This document shows positions 10,277-20,983 of a stretch of 64,000 bases of DNA, piece after piece. The notes beneath the pieces are model-generated. The model did no database searches. It saw nothing but the letters and a program-made list of their open reading frames with translations, and was not told the DNA's origin. The stretch's first letter is position 1, and each line of letters starts with the position of its first letter. The stretch is taken from positions 2,610 through 66,609 of the IMG/VR virus record IMGVR_UViG_3300025168_018236; one strand, written 5' to 3'. This DNA comes from a virus. The position numbers and the translations under genes are program-made.

Positions 10277-13200
10277 ATGGCAAAATCATATAGAAAAGAC
10301 TTCCACGGCAAAAATCCATATTACGATGATTTTGATCCAAACAAAAAGTTTGTACGAATCATGTCTCGTCCCGGTTATCCTCTTCAAGCGAGAGAGGTTA
10401 CTCAATTACAGACTATTCTCCAAAATCAAATTGAAAGAATCGGTGATCACTTCTTTGAAGAAGGAGCGTCAGTTCGCGGTGGAGAAATCACAGAGTCGAG
10501 TGGTATTGCTCTACGACTAAACAGTACCTCTTTTGATACAGAAACACTAAAAACTTTCCGTAACAAAACAATCAAAAACGTAACAACTGGTGTTGAGGCA
10601 AGAGTTATTTCTTACTCTGATGTAAGTCCTGACCTGACAGACGACAATAGTCAAATTCTTTTTGTTAATATGTCAACATCTGGTTCATTTTCTGCTGGAG
10701 ACAAGTTGGTGATTTTAGGGACTCTCCCTGAAGTTTCGGTTGAACTTGTCCCCTCAACGAACACCGCCCCGGCGGTCAGTGTTGCTACCAATATTATCGG
10801 CATCGGATCTGGTATATACTATGCTGATGGTTTCTTCATAGAAACAAACAGCGAGACAATTGGTATCGCTGGTGTCACCGCGACATATAGAACTTTTGAA
10901 AACCCCTCAGCATCTGTTGGTTTTCAAATTAAAAGAGATCTTATCAGTTCTGAGGAAGATGATAGTCTCAAAGACCCCTCCTTTGGTTTTTATAACTTCA
11001 ACTCACCGGGAGCAGATCGATATAAAGTAAGTCTTGAACTAAGCACGAAAGAAATCTCAGGTGAAGGTTCTACTTTTGAAAGTGAAGATTATTTTGAAAT
11101 CATGCGAGTTATCAATGGCGAAACAACAAAACAAATTCGCTATACCGACTATGCAGTATTTGAAGATACTCTTGCAAGAAGAACATTCGACGAGTCAGGA
11201 AACTATACGGTAAGACCTTTCCAACTTACCACAGCAACACACATAGAAGCATTTGGTGTGTCCAGTAACGGAACCAAGCACGCAATTAAACTTGGAGCAG
11301 GCAAAGCATATGTTGGTGGATATGAATTTGAAACGATTGCACCAAGATATATCGCAGTTGATCGAGGACTTGATAAAAACATTGTCACTCAACAAATCCT
11401 CTCAACTCCACTGACCAATTATGTAAATGTTCTCAGAGACTCATCTTTTGATTGTCTTGTTTCTGGTGATAACCAAACAAGAGAAACATTCACAAAGAAC
11501 AAAAAAGGTATCGTTCAAAAAGTCAATGATCTTGGTGGGTTACAAATTACAACCAATATCGGAACCTGTAATATCAGGACAATTGAAGAGGACACGGCAG
11601 GAAACATAAAACTCTATCTCTTCAATATTAACATGACTGATGGGAAGTTTTCAGACTCAACACACATCGCCATAGATGATGGTAGCACAGATGATAACAC
11701 ACAGAGATATAGAATTGGCATTGAAGATACTGAAACTGCATTAGAAGATATTGGTTCTTCGAGACAAATATTCAAAGCACCAATTGGTTCTGGTTTAATC
11801 AGAGCATCGGGTTCTGGTGGGTTAAACTCCTCGTTCCTAGTCAAGAAGGCATACCCCTTTGATATGAGTTCTGGTAGTGTAACGATTACCTCAACCAAAC
11901 CATTCCTCCCACCAACAAGATCATCATATTCAATTTTCTATAGTACAAACTCATCCGGTGACGGTGCAACTCTAATGAACATCGGTACTGATATGGAATT
12001 ATCAGTTTCAAACAACCAAGCAAACCCAGTTCTTACCATAACAAAGGGTTCAAATATTCCCGATAGCGGTAAAGGAACAGTTATTGCTTCACAACAATGG
12101 CAGTCCGATGCAAGTTCTGACGTAGAAAATAATATCAGAACAAAAACACTGGCGGATGGGGCGAGAAGTGGTGTTACCGGCGATCCCAAAACTGGAATTG
12201 TAAAACTCGCACACGCAGATGTTTACTCCATGACCACGATCAACGATGGTCAACGTGATGTTACTAATAGTTTTGATCTAGAAGTAAACTCCGGAATTGA
12301 TGCATACCGAAGAAGTAGAATTGTACTTAAAGCAGGTGCAACTTGTGCGGTGGATGCCGATGGTAATCTAAATATTAACTCCGCCACATATAGATATTTT
12401 TCACACTCTGGAGACGGACCATTTACGGTGGACTCTTATCCACTAGAGCAAATAAAATATGATGATATTCCAACATTCACCGATACTGAAACAGGAGAAA
12501 CCTATAGTCTAGCAGATGCCTTTGACTTTAGACCTGTTACAACAGATGAAGAAGATACGTCGTTTGATAACGGATCTGGTGGTTCACAGGTAGTTGCTTT
12601 CAATAACGGAATTATTCTTTCTACCGTCTCATATGAACATTATCTTAGTAGAGTGGACAGCGTTGTTCTAGATAGACAAACTAGAGAATTTAAAATTATA
12701 CAGGGTGTGTCTGCTGTTTCACCCAAAGCACCTGAAGTAGATCCCCTCAATATGAACATTGGTGATCTCAATGTTCCACCATATACTAGGTTCTCATCGG
12801 ACATAAAATATCGATATATTGATAATCAAAGAACAACAATGAGTGAAATTAATGAGTTAGAATCCACCACACAATTCGACTCATATTTCACCTTCAAAAA
12901 CGATCTAGAACAAGAAGCACTAAACCGTGCCCAAAACTTCCGATCATCAAGAACAGCATTTTCAGATGGTATCTTTGTTGACACGTTCCTTGGACACAAT
13001 AATTCTATAACGTCAAAAAGAGATCACAACTGTTCAATAGACACAGAACAGGGAGAACTTCGCCCAGCATTTGAATCAACATTTATCCGAATGGGAATTA
13101 CTGGTGCTAGTCTCGGTGCCAATGTAGAACGAACCAGTGATAATATTTACCTCCCCATCAGTTCACAGGTGCGATATACATCCAACCCATTAGCAAACGA

Positions 13201-15937
13201 TGTGATTAGTGCAAACCAATTCTCTGTCGCAGACTATCTTGGAACAGTGACATTATCACCAAGTAGTGATAACTTTTTTGCTCAATCACTCAAACCAACA
13301 GTAATTGTAAATACTGTTGGTGAGGCGGATAACTGGGAGACATTTATCAATGCGTACCAGAGAGGTAGATCAAGTGGTTTTGGTTCTCAATGGAAAGATT
13401 GGGAAAGTCTTTGGTTCGGTTCTCGTAAAAGAAACGATATTAATATCGAACACGAATCATCCGGGAACGAATACACAAATCCCAGAAGATCATCATATGT
13501 CTCTAGAGTTCTTTCTGATAAACTGATTAAAAAGATCGGTAATAAAATTGTAGATTTAAGTGTCGTTCCATTCGCAAACAATAGAACTGTTGAATGTTTT
13601 ATCGACAACCTGAAACCTTTAGCAACCCACTATGTCTACTTCGATGGTCAATTTAAAAGAACTCTTGTAACAGACGTAGCAGGATCTGCTACTGGTATAA
13701 CCTTTAGTATTCCATCAAGAACACACCTCACTGGTAAAAAATTAGTCAGAATTAGTGATGTGAACGATGGTTCAGTTGCCCTTGCAACATCAAGTGCAGA
13801 TGCAATATATTATGCTGAAGGATTATTAGAAACGAAAGAAGGAGACTCTTACTCTGTACGACCAGCGATTACTAGAAGAAAAGCAAGCAACGTGGATGAT
13901 GTCTCTAGTGATTACTATGAAGCAAACTCCGCAGACAACCTATCAAGAAGTTTCAATTCACAAACACCATTCGCACAAGAAATTTTTGTGGATCCAACAA
14001 ACTATCCAAATGGAATCACTCTAAAGGATGTTGAATTATTCTTTTCATCGCTTCCCTCTGGATCATTGGATACAAGAGATCCTGTCAAGGTTCATGTGCG
14101 ACCCATGTATAATGGTTCTCCACATCCATTTAAAGTTCTTCCTTTCTCTGAGGTAACTGAAACAAATATCATCAGAAATAGAGCAGAAGATACACAAGGG
14201 AGCGGAACAACCTTTACCTTCTCTACTCCTGTTTATCTCAAACCAAACACAAGTTATGCGATATGCGTCAGTACAAACGCGGACTATAAACTATGGTACG
14301 GTGAAGTAAACGAACAAGCGGTAAATGGGGAAGCAGGATTATTTAGTGCAACACCTCAAACCATTAAACGTCCACAACTCATGGGTCCGATGCATATTCC
14401 TCTCAATAATGGTACTTCTACATCATACGATACAAGATACCTTAAAATGACTGTCAACAGGTGTGGATTTCTGGATCTTTCGACTGATGTTTCAATAAAC
14501 GCATTTTCAGAATTTACTTCCAATATTCTTAATGTTATTCCCTATCATGCTGCCTTTATTCACAGCAACGAGCAAATATCTGATGAGGTAAAACCAGTAT
14601 TCCAACTCGATAGTTTCAACTTCAATGGTGGAAACGAAACTAGACCTAAAGTTGACATCAACACAACCATTGATGATTTCGCAACCAAGAAAACTATTAG
14701 TTCCTCTCAACCTGTAAAAATTACAACTCGTTTCTTAACGGATGCAAAATCAGCAGTTGCTAGTATGGTTGATGGTGACAGATTAGGATTTCTTGCTGTA
14801 GAGTACATGGCAAACAATGATGATGCTGCTGCCATTACAGAAGAGTTGCAACCAACAGCAAGACTCGCAACGAACCGATCACGTTATGTTGGTAGAAAAG
14901 TAACTTTAACTAGAGCAGCAGATGATATTGTTGTGATAATCGATGGATCCTTCGTAGGTAATTCGCAAATTAAAGTTTATGTTAAACTACAAGGACCAGA
15001 TCAACCAAATGGTATCTTTGATGATAATAACTATGAAGAATTATTCCCAGAGGGACAAGAGGGATCAGAGGGTGTTTCTGCCAAGTTTGCAGAATTGAAA
15101 CCACAGGGAAGTGTCGGTGGTGTCATGCGATTTACCACAAACAATCTTTCTCCCGGAACCTCCACGGAATTTAATGCTTACCAAATCAAGATCCTTCTAA
15201 TGGGAGAAAATGTCAACAACGAAGGAAATGCTTCAGAGATTCCTGTGATCAATACAGTATCTGCTGTTCCCCTTCGTAGAGTTTCACAAGATGAGATTCG
15301 TAGATACACACCACCGGGATCCGTTCTTGCTTGGTCCGGTGGAGGAGTCGCTCCATTCGGATTTGTCTACTGTAACGGAACCGCTTATAACGCTGTGGCA
15401 AATCCAGAGTATAAAGTATTGTTTGAAGCAATCAGAACTCGATATAACCTTGCCACAGATCCTGTCAACAGTGATGGATCATTCTTCCGAGTCCCAGATC
15501 TCAGAGGCAGAACCATTATTGGTACGGGAACACCCAACCCCGCTCAGGGTTCTGATCTTCTCCGAACACTTGCAGAAAAGGGCGGCGAAGACGAAACCAA
15601 CCTAACGCGAGATCAGTTACCCCCGCACACACATAACATTGGTGCGAGAGATCTATCAGACCCGACGGTCATTAACAACAGCGGAGGATATAATGCTATA
15701 GCACAGAATGATGTCAGCAATATTGCTGACACCATTCCAATGTGTTCGGGTGGTTCCGGACTGTTCCCAACGGATGACGATGCCCACGGTAAGGGTGGAT
15801 TTGCAAGTGTCGCCTATACGCGACCACTCGCAGGTCCGGAACCAGATATCTTTGGTTTAATGTCAGATTCTATGGCAGGAAACAAGCACAACAACATGCC
15901 ACCGTTCCTCGTACTCGACTATATAATTAAGATCTAA
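10277..15937 (+). CDS. VrlC/DUF4815-like large virion protein with a C-terminal tail-collar domain
   Basis: PYYDDFD..K...RPGYPLQARE.TQLQTILQ.QIE, PGADRYK and LARRTFDESGNY motifs; C-terminal PPGSV..W...CNG...FRVPDLRGR collar. Confidence 0.88.
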   Translation: MAKSYRKDFHGKNPYYDDFDPNKKFVRIMSRPGYPLQAREVTQLQTILQNQIERIGDHFFEEGASVRGGEITESSGIALRLNSTSFDTETLKTFRNKTIKNVTTGVEARVISYSDVSPDLTDDNSQILFVNMSTSGSFSAGDKLVILGTLPEVSVELVPSTNTAPAVSVATNIIGIGSGIYYADGFFIETNSETIGIAGVTATYRTFENPSASVGFQIKRDLISSEEDDSLKDPSFGFYNFNSPGADRYKVSLELSTKEISGEGSTFESEDYFEIMRVINGETTKQIRYTDYAVFEDTLARRTFDESGNYTVRPFQLTTATHIEAFGVSSNGTKHAIKLGAGKAYVGGYEFETIAPRYIAVDRGLDKNIVTQQILSTPLTNYVNVLRDSSFDCLVSGDNQTRETFTKNKKGIVQKVNDLGGLQITTNIGTCNIRTIEEDTAGNIKLYLFNINMTDGKFSDSTHIAIDDGSTDDNTQRYRIGIEDTETALEDIGSSRQIFKAPIGSGLIRASGSGGLNSSFLVKKAYPFDMSSGSVTITSTKPFLPPTRSSYSIFYSTNSSGDGATLMNIGTDMELSVSNNQANPVLTITKGSNIPDSGKGTVIASQQWQSDASSDVENNIRTKTLADGARSGVTGDPKTGIVKLAHADVYSMTTINDGQRDVTNSFDLEVNSGIDAYRRSRIVLKAGATCAVDADGNLNINSATYRYFSHSGDGPFTVDSYPLEQIKYDDIPTFTDTETGETYSLADAFDFRPVTTDEEDTSFDNGSGGSQVVAFNNGIILSTVSYEHYLSRVDSVVLDRQTREFKIIQGVSAVSPKAPEVDPLNMNIGDLNVPPYTRFSSDIKYRYIDNQRTTMSEINELESTTQFDSYFTFKNDLEQEALNRAQNFRSSRTAFSDGIFVDTFLGHNNSITSKRDHNCSIDTEQGELRPAFESTFIRMGITGASLGANVERTSDNIYLPISSQVRYTSNPLANDVISANQFSVADYLGTVTLSPSSDNFFAQSLKPTVIVNTVGEADNWETFINAYQRGRSSGFGSQWKDWESLWFGSRKRNDINIEHESSGNEYTNPRRSSYVSRVLSDKLIKKIGNKIVDLSVVPFANNRTVECFIDNLKPLATHYVYFDGQFKRTLVTDVAGSATGITFSIPSRTHLTGKKLVRISDVNDGSVALATSSADAIYYAEGLLETKEGDSYSVRPAITRRKASNVDDVSSDYYEANSADNLSRSFNSQTPFAQEIFVDPTNYPNGITLKDVELFFSSLPSGSLDTRDPVKVHVRPMYNGSPHPFKVLPFSEVTETNIIRNRAEDTQGSGTTFTFSTPVYLKPNTSYAICVSTNADYKLWYGEVNEQAVNGEAGLFSATPQTIKRPQLMGPMHIPLNNGTSTSYDTRYLKMTVNRCGFLDLSTDVSINAFSEFTSNILNVIPYHAAFIHSNEQISDEVKPVFQLDSFNFNGGNETRPKVDINTTIDDFATKKTISSSQPVKITTRFLTDAKSAVASMVDGDRLGFLAVEYMANNDDAAAITEELQPTARLATNRSRYVGRKVTLTRAADDIVVIIDGSFVGNSQIKVYVKLQGPDQPNGIFDDNNYEELFPEGQEGSEGVSAKFAELKPQGSVGGVMRFTTNNLSPGTSTEFNAYQIKILLMGENVNNEGNASEIPVINTVSAVPLRRVSQDEIRRYTPPGSVLAWSGGGVAPFGFVYCNGTAYNAVANPEYKVLFEAIRTRYNLATDPVNSDGSFFRVPDLRGRTIIGTGTPNPAQGSDLLRTLAEKGGEDETNLTRDQLPPHTHNIGARDLSDPTVINNSGGYNAIAQNDVSNIADTIPMCSGGSGLFPTDDDAHGKGGFASVAYTRPLAGPEPDIFGLMSDSMAGNKHNNMPPFLVLDYIIKI

Positions 15938-15952
15938 TAAAGAAAGACACTA

Positions 15953-17758
15953 ATGGCAGGACAAGCGTTTGATAACCTGAATAAGATTTTCCTCTCGGAT
16001 ACCTTCCGGGCGTGGTTTGATAAAACAAACCAAATTGTCAATACCATGAATCCACTTGAGATTTACGGTGTCACTGCTGGGCGAGGTGAAGTTGCAGGGT
16101 TGACGATGGACTTTGGAGCGAATGGTATTGTTACCATTGGTCTTGAACTTCCTAATGCACTGACCGGTGATTTTTCATTCAACAGTGGTGTGACTTTTGC
16201 TAATTTTGTAAGTGTCACTGGTCTGACTGTAGACTTTTCTGCGAACGGAGGACATGGTGCGACTTTAACTGGTCGAGTTGTTCGTACCATCAATGGAGCA
16301 ACGGGAGATGTTGCTCTAGATTTTGTTGCTATCCCCGGAAACTCTGCGGACGGCGACATCTTGTATTACGAAAACACACCAGTCGGCGCAACATTCAGAA
16401 CATATAATTTATTCTCTGATGGAACTGCTGATAATGGAATGTTACACATCGGTGGAAGTGGTGGCGTGTTCTTTGGTATTACCGCAGGTGGAGCATCATC
16501 CGCAAACGAATTTGTAAAACTTGGTAATATTCAACTTGTGGGTTCAACCGCCTCTGGCATCTACATGGTTGACAACTCACAGGCAGCACTAAGCACCGCA
16601 AAAATTGCTGGTGCTGACATAAGATATGGGACAGACGCTGGATCTCAACTCCTATCAATCGGTGGTAGAAACATATCCGGCGTTGGACACTCGACTAAAA
16701 ATCTAATACTAGATTTTAACACACAAAGTATTGCCGTTGGTGGTGCAGCAACAGGAGATGCTTCACTAAACATCGGAGATGTCAGTAACTCAGGAAGACC
16801 GATTCTTTACACCGATGCTGGTGGGTCAACATTCGCAGTTCGTTACCTTCTTGCCAACGAAGCAGGGGGAAGAACTTCTGGTGGTTCTACTGGTATTGCC
16901 TCCTTTGGAGGAAATCCATCCACCAAAGGTCTTCAGGATGTGGATAATAGAATTAGATTAGAAAATGTGGCGGGTTCCGTTGAAATTGAACTTGTTGGAA
17001 CAGGACTAACCTCCGCGTTCGCAGTTTATGGAAAACACGCTCCATACGGAGATCTTCTTACGCCTGCTCTAGTCGCAAGACGAGATGGAAATGTCGTAAT
17101 CGGAGGAATTGCTCCCACAGACGGTGGTATCACAGGAACCACATACGGTGGACTCAATATCGCCAGTGGTAAACTATATGTCGGAGGATCTGCCGGTGCG
17201 GTTATCACATCTGGATACCAATTCCTACACTCATCAGGAACGGAAGCATCTTGGAAAAAACTAGAGCAAACATCATTTTCATTCAATGGTGATATTGGAT
17301 CGGTTGCATCTGGATCAATCTTGGAAAATACAACAACCGGCGTGTTTATATCAATGAACGCTGCTTCATCACAATCCGTTGCTATAAAATTCAGAGACAG
17401 TATTGGCACAGAAATGACAGGTCCGTTTAGTGCTACTATAAGTTTTCCCGGAATAAAACCAAACGGATCAATTGGTTCAGGTAGCAAAGGTGTATTGGGA
17501 ATAAGAATGACTTTAGATGGAGTGACTGAGGATAAATTCATCACATGGGATGATCTCATGTATAATTCAGTTGGACTAGCGGGAAACAATCCTGCTCTCA
17601 ACAACATATACAATCCATCCTTTACCTTTACAGGTAACGCTAAAACTGGTGTGAGTTTTACTCCATTCATGACGAAAGGTTCTGCCTTTACAACAAACCA
17701 AACATTTACGTTCATACACAGAGGAACATACTTAGTGGAATTCCACAAGTTAGGATAA
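15953..17758 (+). CDS. Putative fibre/whisker-like virion protein
   Basis: N-terminal SDTFRAWFDKTNQI motif of the type found on T4-like fibre proteins; Gly/Thr-rich; lies before the neck genes. Confidence 0.6.
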   Translation: MAGQAFDNLNKIFLSDTFRAWFDKTNQIVNTMNPLEIYGVTAGRGEVAGLTMDFGANGIVTIGLELPNALTGDFSFNSGVTFANFVSVTGLTVDFSANGGHGATLTGRVVRTINGATGDVALDFVAIPGNSADGDILYYENTPVGATFRTYNLFSDGTADNGMLHIGGSGGVFFGITAGGASSANEFVKLGNIQLVGSTASGIYMVDNSQAALSTAKIAGADIRYGTDAGSQLLSIGGRNISGVGHSTKNLILDFNTQSIAVGGAATGDASLNIGDVSNSGRPILYTDAGGSTFAVRYLLANEAGGRTSGGSTGIASFGGNPSTKGLQDVDNRIRLENVAGSVEIELVGTGLTSAFAVYGKHAPYGDLLTPALVARRDGNVVIGGIAPTDGGITGTTYGGLNIASGKLYVGGSAGAVITSGYQFLHSSGTEASWKKLEQTSFSFNGDIGSVASGSILENTTTGVFISMNAASSQSVAIKFRDSIGTEMTGPFSATISFPGIKPNGSIGSGSKGVLGIRMTLDGVTEDKFITWDDLMYNSVGLAGNNPALNNIYNPSFTFTGNAKTGVSFTPFMTKGSAFTTNQTFTFIHRGTYLVEFHKLG

Positions 17759-17765
17759 TATAAAA

Positions 17766-18836
17766 ATGGCATTATACAGCGGAAACATAAATGGAGAAAA
17801 AAGACTATATGTCTTTGATAGAACTACGGGGACTGGTGCCACGCAGGCAAATTTCCTCACCACAATACCAATTTCATATCCAAATCTTGCTGGGGCAACC
17901 ACGGCATATGTGACAGCGGGTGGTAAAACACACGGAACCACAGCAGAACTATATCAATATGTGGGGAATCGTGCATATGACAACTACCGAAGAACACAAA
18001 TTAAATCGTTTACTACCAATGACCCATCAGAGGGAATTACAAATACAATAATAAAGGTTACTCCTGACCCCAGAATTCAACTAGGAATCTATGCATCCGG
18101 GGGAAGTCAAAGTGGACTTACCGGAAACCACATGGACGAAATCCATGTTACTGCTAACAGTGGAATCACCTATCAAGCATTTCTTGGAAAAATAACATAT
18201 AACGAGGACAATAGTGATATTGCCACTGATCGTGCTTTGGTTGATCTGATCGCGTATGGAGTAAGTGGTGCCGCTGATTTATCTACACTTTATACGATGG
18301 GCGTTGGTGAAACACTAGCGAATAAAACAAACGGGGGTTCCTCCGTTATTAAAGTAGAGCAGACCAATTTATACGTTGATATTGATTCACACAAACAAGC
18401 GATTTTAGGTCAGGTCGGTGCAAGTTTAGATAGTCCAAACACATTTGGAACCACTATTGGAGATGCTGGAGCATCACAATCTATATTTACCGATGTGAAT
18501 AATAAAGAGTTAATTAATTTTTGTTCCACTCTTCTTCCTGCTTTTGCTAATGGCGGATCAGGCATGAATGACAGGACAGGAAGACAAGAGACTGTATTTA
18601 CACTACTAGCAGGAACAACTGGAAATCTTGATAATGTTGATTCTGCTCTATCTGGTGCAATATTTGGTGTAACATTTAACGCCGTTACAGGTGGCAGTGG
18701 TACTGTCTCTGCTTTTGAGGAATTTTGTCACACAGTGTTACACAAACATATGGAACTATTGAACAATAAGGGTAGTGTTAATAAACAAGTAATTGATGCC
18801 AAATCTATCCGAGACGTTGATGACATAGCATTTTGA
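17766..18836 (+). CDS. Hypothetical virion protein
   Basis: 356-aa Gly/Thr-rich ORF in the structural operon. Confidence 0.55.
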   Translation: MALYSGNINGEKRLYVFDRTTGTGATQANFLTTIPISYPNLAGATTAYVTAGGKTHGTTAELYQYVGNRAYDNYRRTQIKSFTTNDPSEGITNTIIKVTPDPRIQLGIYASGGSQSGLTGNHMDEIHVTANSGITYQAFLGKITYNEDNSDIATDRALVDLIAYGVSGAADLSTLYTMGVGETLANKTNGGSSVIKVEQTNLYVDIDSHKQAILGQVGASLDSPNTFGTTIGDAGASQSIFTDVNNKELINFCSTLLPAFANGGSGMNDRTGRQETVFTLLAGTTGNLDNVDSALSGAIFGVTFNAVTGGSGTVSAFEEFCHTVLHKHMELLNNKGSVNKQVIDAKSIRDVDDIAF

Positions 18837-18848
18837 TTTTTGTTCCTC

Positions 18849-18856
18849 CATACATA
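18849..18856 (+). promoter_or_regulatory. Putative late promoter CATACATA upstream of gp13
   Basis: Intergenic TANATA variant followed by an AAGGAG SD. Confidence 0.5.
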
Positions 18857-18878
18857 TATTATGGCAAGGAGCATATAA

Positions 18879-19670
18879 ATGGCAAAACCCACATCTAGAC
18901 AAGAACTCAAAGATTATGCACTCCGCAGACTTGGTTCACCTGTTGTTGAAATTAATGTAGATGACTCACAAGTAGAGGACCGTGTAGATGATGCTCTACA
19001 GATGTTTGCTGAGTATCACTTCGATGGTGTTCAACGAGCATTTTACAAGTATCAAGTAACCACCGATGACCTAAGCAAAGGTTACATTGACACCGATTCC
19101 TTAGTCAAAAATGACGGAGCGATTGGTCCTGAACTCGAAGCAGGCAATCAAATTATTTCTGTTCTTCGTATTTTTGAGTTCTCGGAAGGCGGAACTAGCA
19201 ATATCTTTAGTGTCCCTTATCAATTGGCACTAAATGATGTCTATGGTATTCGCAATCCCGGTTCTATTATCGACTATACCATGACACAATCACATATTCA
19301 GATGATTCAAGATTATCTGGACCCAGAAAAAGCAATTCGGTTTAGCAGAGTAACTAATAGAATTTATGTTGATACCAAGTGGACGGAAAACATGACCGCA
19401 GGTAATTTCCTCACGATAGAATGCTACGTCGCACTAAGTCCAACAACCTATCCAGAAATTTTTAACGATATTCTTCTTAAAAAGTATGTCACTGCTTCTA
19501 TCAAACAGCAGTGGGGAGCAAACTTGTCAAAGTATACAAATGTTACTCTCCCCGGTGGTCTTTCATATAATGGTGCAGAAATTTATCAACAGGCAACTGA
19601 CGAAATGAATCAGATCGAAGAGTCGCTTTCTGATAAGTATGAACTTCCACCAGATATGAGCGTAGGGTAA
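18879..19670 (+). CDS. gp13: Neck protein gp13
   Basis: MAKPTSRQELKDYALRRLG.PV.EINVDD, YHFDG, KQQWG.NLSKY and LPGG motifs. Confidence 0.95.
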   Translation: MAKPTSRQELKDYALRRLGSPVVEINVDDSQVEDRVDDALQMFAEYHFDGVQRAFYKYQVTTDDLSKGYIDTDSLVKNDGAIGPELEAGNQIISVLRIFEFSEGGTSNIFSVPYQLALNDVYGIRNPGSIIDYTMTQSHIQMIQDYLDPEKAIRFSRVTNRIYVDTKWTENMTAGNFLTIECYVALSPTTYPEIFNDILLKKYVTASIKQQWGANLSKYTNVTLPGGLSYNGAEIYQQATDEMNQIEESLSDKYELPPDMSVG

Positions 19671-19674
19671 ATCA

Positions 19675-20133
19675 ATGACATTTAATAAAGATATAGACAC
19701 ATCAAGTTTTGATGATTTTGATTTTGGGTTTGAACTAGTAGACAGTCCTACTCAGACTAACACCCCACAAGAGCAACAGTCAGTTTCTGTTGACACTAGT
19801 GAGATTGATGATCGACTAGAGTCGCTTGAAGGTAAAATTAATAATGTTCTTAACATTGTATCTCTTAATGATTCTGGTGATGATATCAAACAGGCAATCG
19901 AAGAACAAGGATCATGTATCAATAATGCACTGGACTCGATAGAAGAAGTCAAAGACAGTTTAGAAAAAGACTACGAAAAAAAACTAGAGGAAATTGAGAA
20001 TCTCGTTCTCCCCCTTCTAGTAAATCTTACAAAAAATCCAGAGAGAGAATTTATAAAGTGGCCGAATCGAGCAGACTCTGTTCAAGGTCACATCAACAAA
20101 ATCTTAGAGGTAACCAGAGGCAATGGCGACTAA
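19675..20133 (+). CDS. Hypothetical coiled-coil protein
   Basis: DFGF N-terminus and PLL.NL.KNPE..I.WPNR C-terminus resemble a small ORF family I recall from T4-like phages. Confidence 0.6.
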   Translation: MTFNKDIDTSSFDDFDFGFELVDSPTQTNTPQEQQSVSVDTSEIDDRLESLEGKINNVLNIVSLNDSGDDIKQAIEEQGSCINNALDSIEEVKDSLEKDYEKKLEEIENLVLPLLVNLTKNPEREFIKWPNRADSVQGHINKILEVTRGNGD

Positions 20134-20983
20134 TCCATATTTCCGCAAAGCAGTTCCAGCAGAACAAGACCTAATTGATGATCTCTCCGTAGAGGTTATT
20201 AAGATAAATGGTTTTGATATGGTATACCTACCACGAACTCTTGTGCGGGAAGATGAACTTTTCGGTGAGGATCGATCTCCTTCCAGATTTAGTACAGGCA
20301 GAGAGATTGAAATGTTAGTCGAATCAGTTGATGGGTTCGAGGGCGATGGAGAAGTATTTTCTCGGTTTGGTCTTGAGATTAAAGACAATGTTTCATTATT
20401 GGTGGCAAGAAAAAGATTTGAAAAAGAGTTTGCAGATCTTGGATTCCTATCACCAAGAGAAGGTGATCTTCTATACTTCCCAATCTCGGGAGGTATATTT
20501 GAGATTGATTATGTCGAGAGAGAAAATCCATTCTATCAACTCAACAAAATCAGCACATATAAGATAACTTGCTCATTGTTCCGATTCAGTGGGGAAGATT
20601 TTCAAACTGGGTGGAATGCTATCGACGGAGTTACATCAGACCACACACAACAATACACAACTCTCGTACTTGGTGCTGGATCTGGAAATTACAACGAAGG
20701 CGAAACAGTCATACAAGGTGCCGGATCCACCATCTCGGGTCGGGTACAAGAGTGGTTATCTGCAAGCACCACATTATATGTTACTGGCGTAACGGGAGAA
20801 TTCCAAGCAGGTATTACCGTCGAAGGACAATCTTCTGGTGTAGAATATCTCCTCGGAAGTTCTGGAGTCACCAATGAATTTGCTGTTAATGATAATAGTG
20901 AAGATAACTTAGAATTTGAAGCAGAAACAGAGAACCTCTTTGACTTTACCGACACAGATCCGTTCTCGGAGGGTGATCTATAA
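20123..20983 (+). CDS. gp14: Neck protein gp14
   Basis: MATNPYF, YLPR, SRFGLEI, P.EGDL.YFP, PFYQL and DF...DPFSE motifs. Confidence 0.95.
   Translation: MATNPYFRKAVPAEQDLIDDLSVEVIKINGFDMVYLPRTLVREDELFGEDRSPSRFSTGREIEMLVESVDGFEGDGEVFSRFGLEIKDNVSLLVARKRFEKEFADLGFLSPREGDLLYFPISGGIFEIDYVERENPFYQLNKISTYKITCSLFRFSGEDFQTGWNAIDGVTSDHTQQYTTLVLGAGSGNYNEGETVIQGAGSTISGRVQEWLSASTTLYVTGVTGEFQAGITVEGQSSGVEYLLGSSGVTNEFAVNDNSEDNLEFEAETENLFDFTDTDPFSEGDL

Noticed and set aside
18861-18878. Five-codon uORF (MARSI*) abutting the gp13 start
   Set aside because: It contains the AAGGAG SD of gp13 and is easily explained by chance; no evidence of function.
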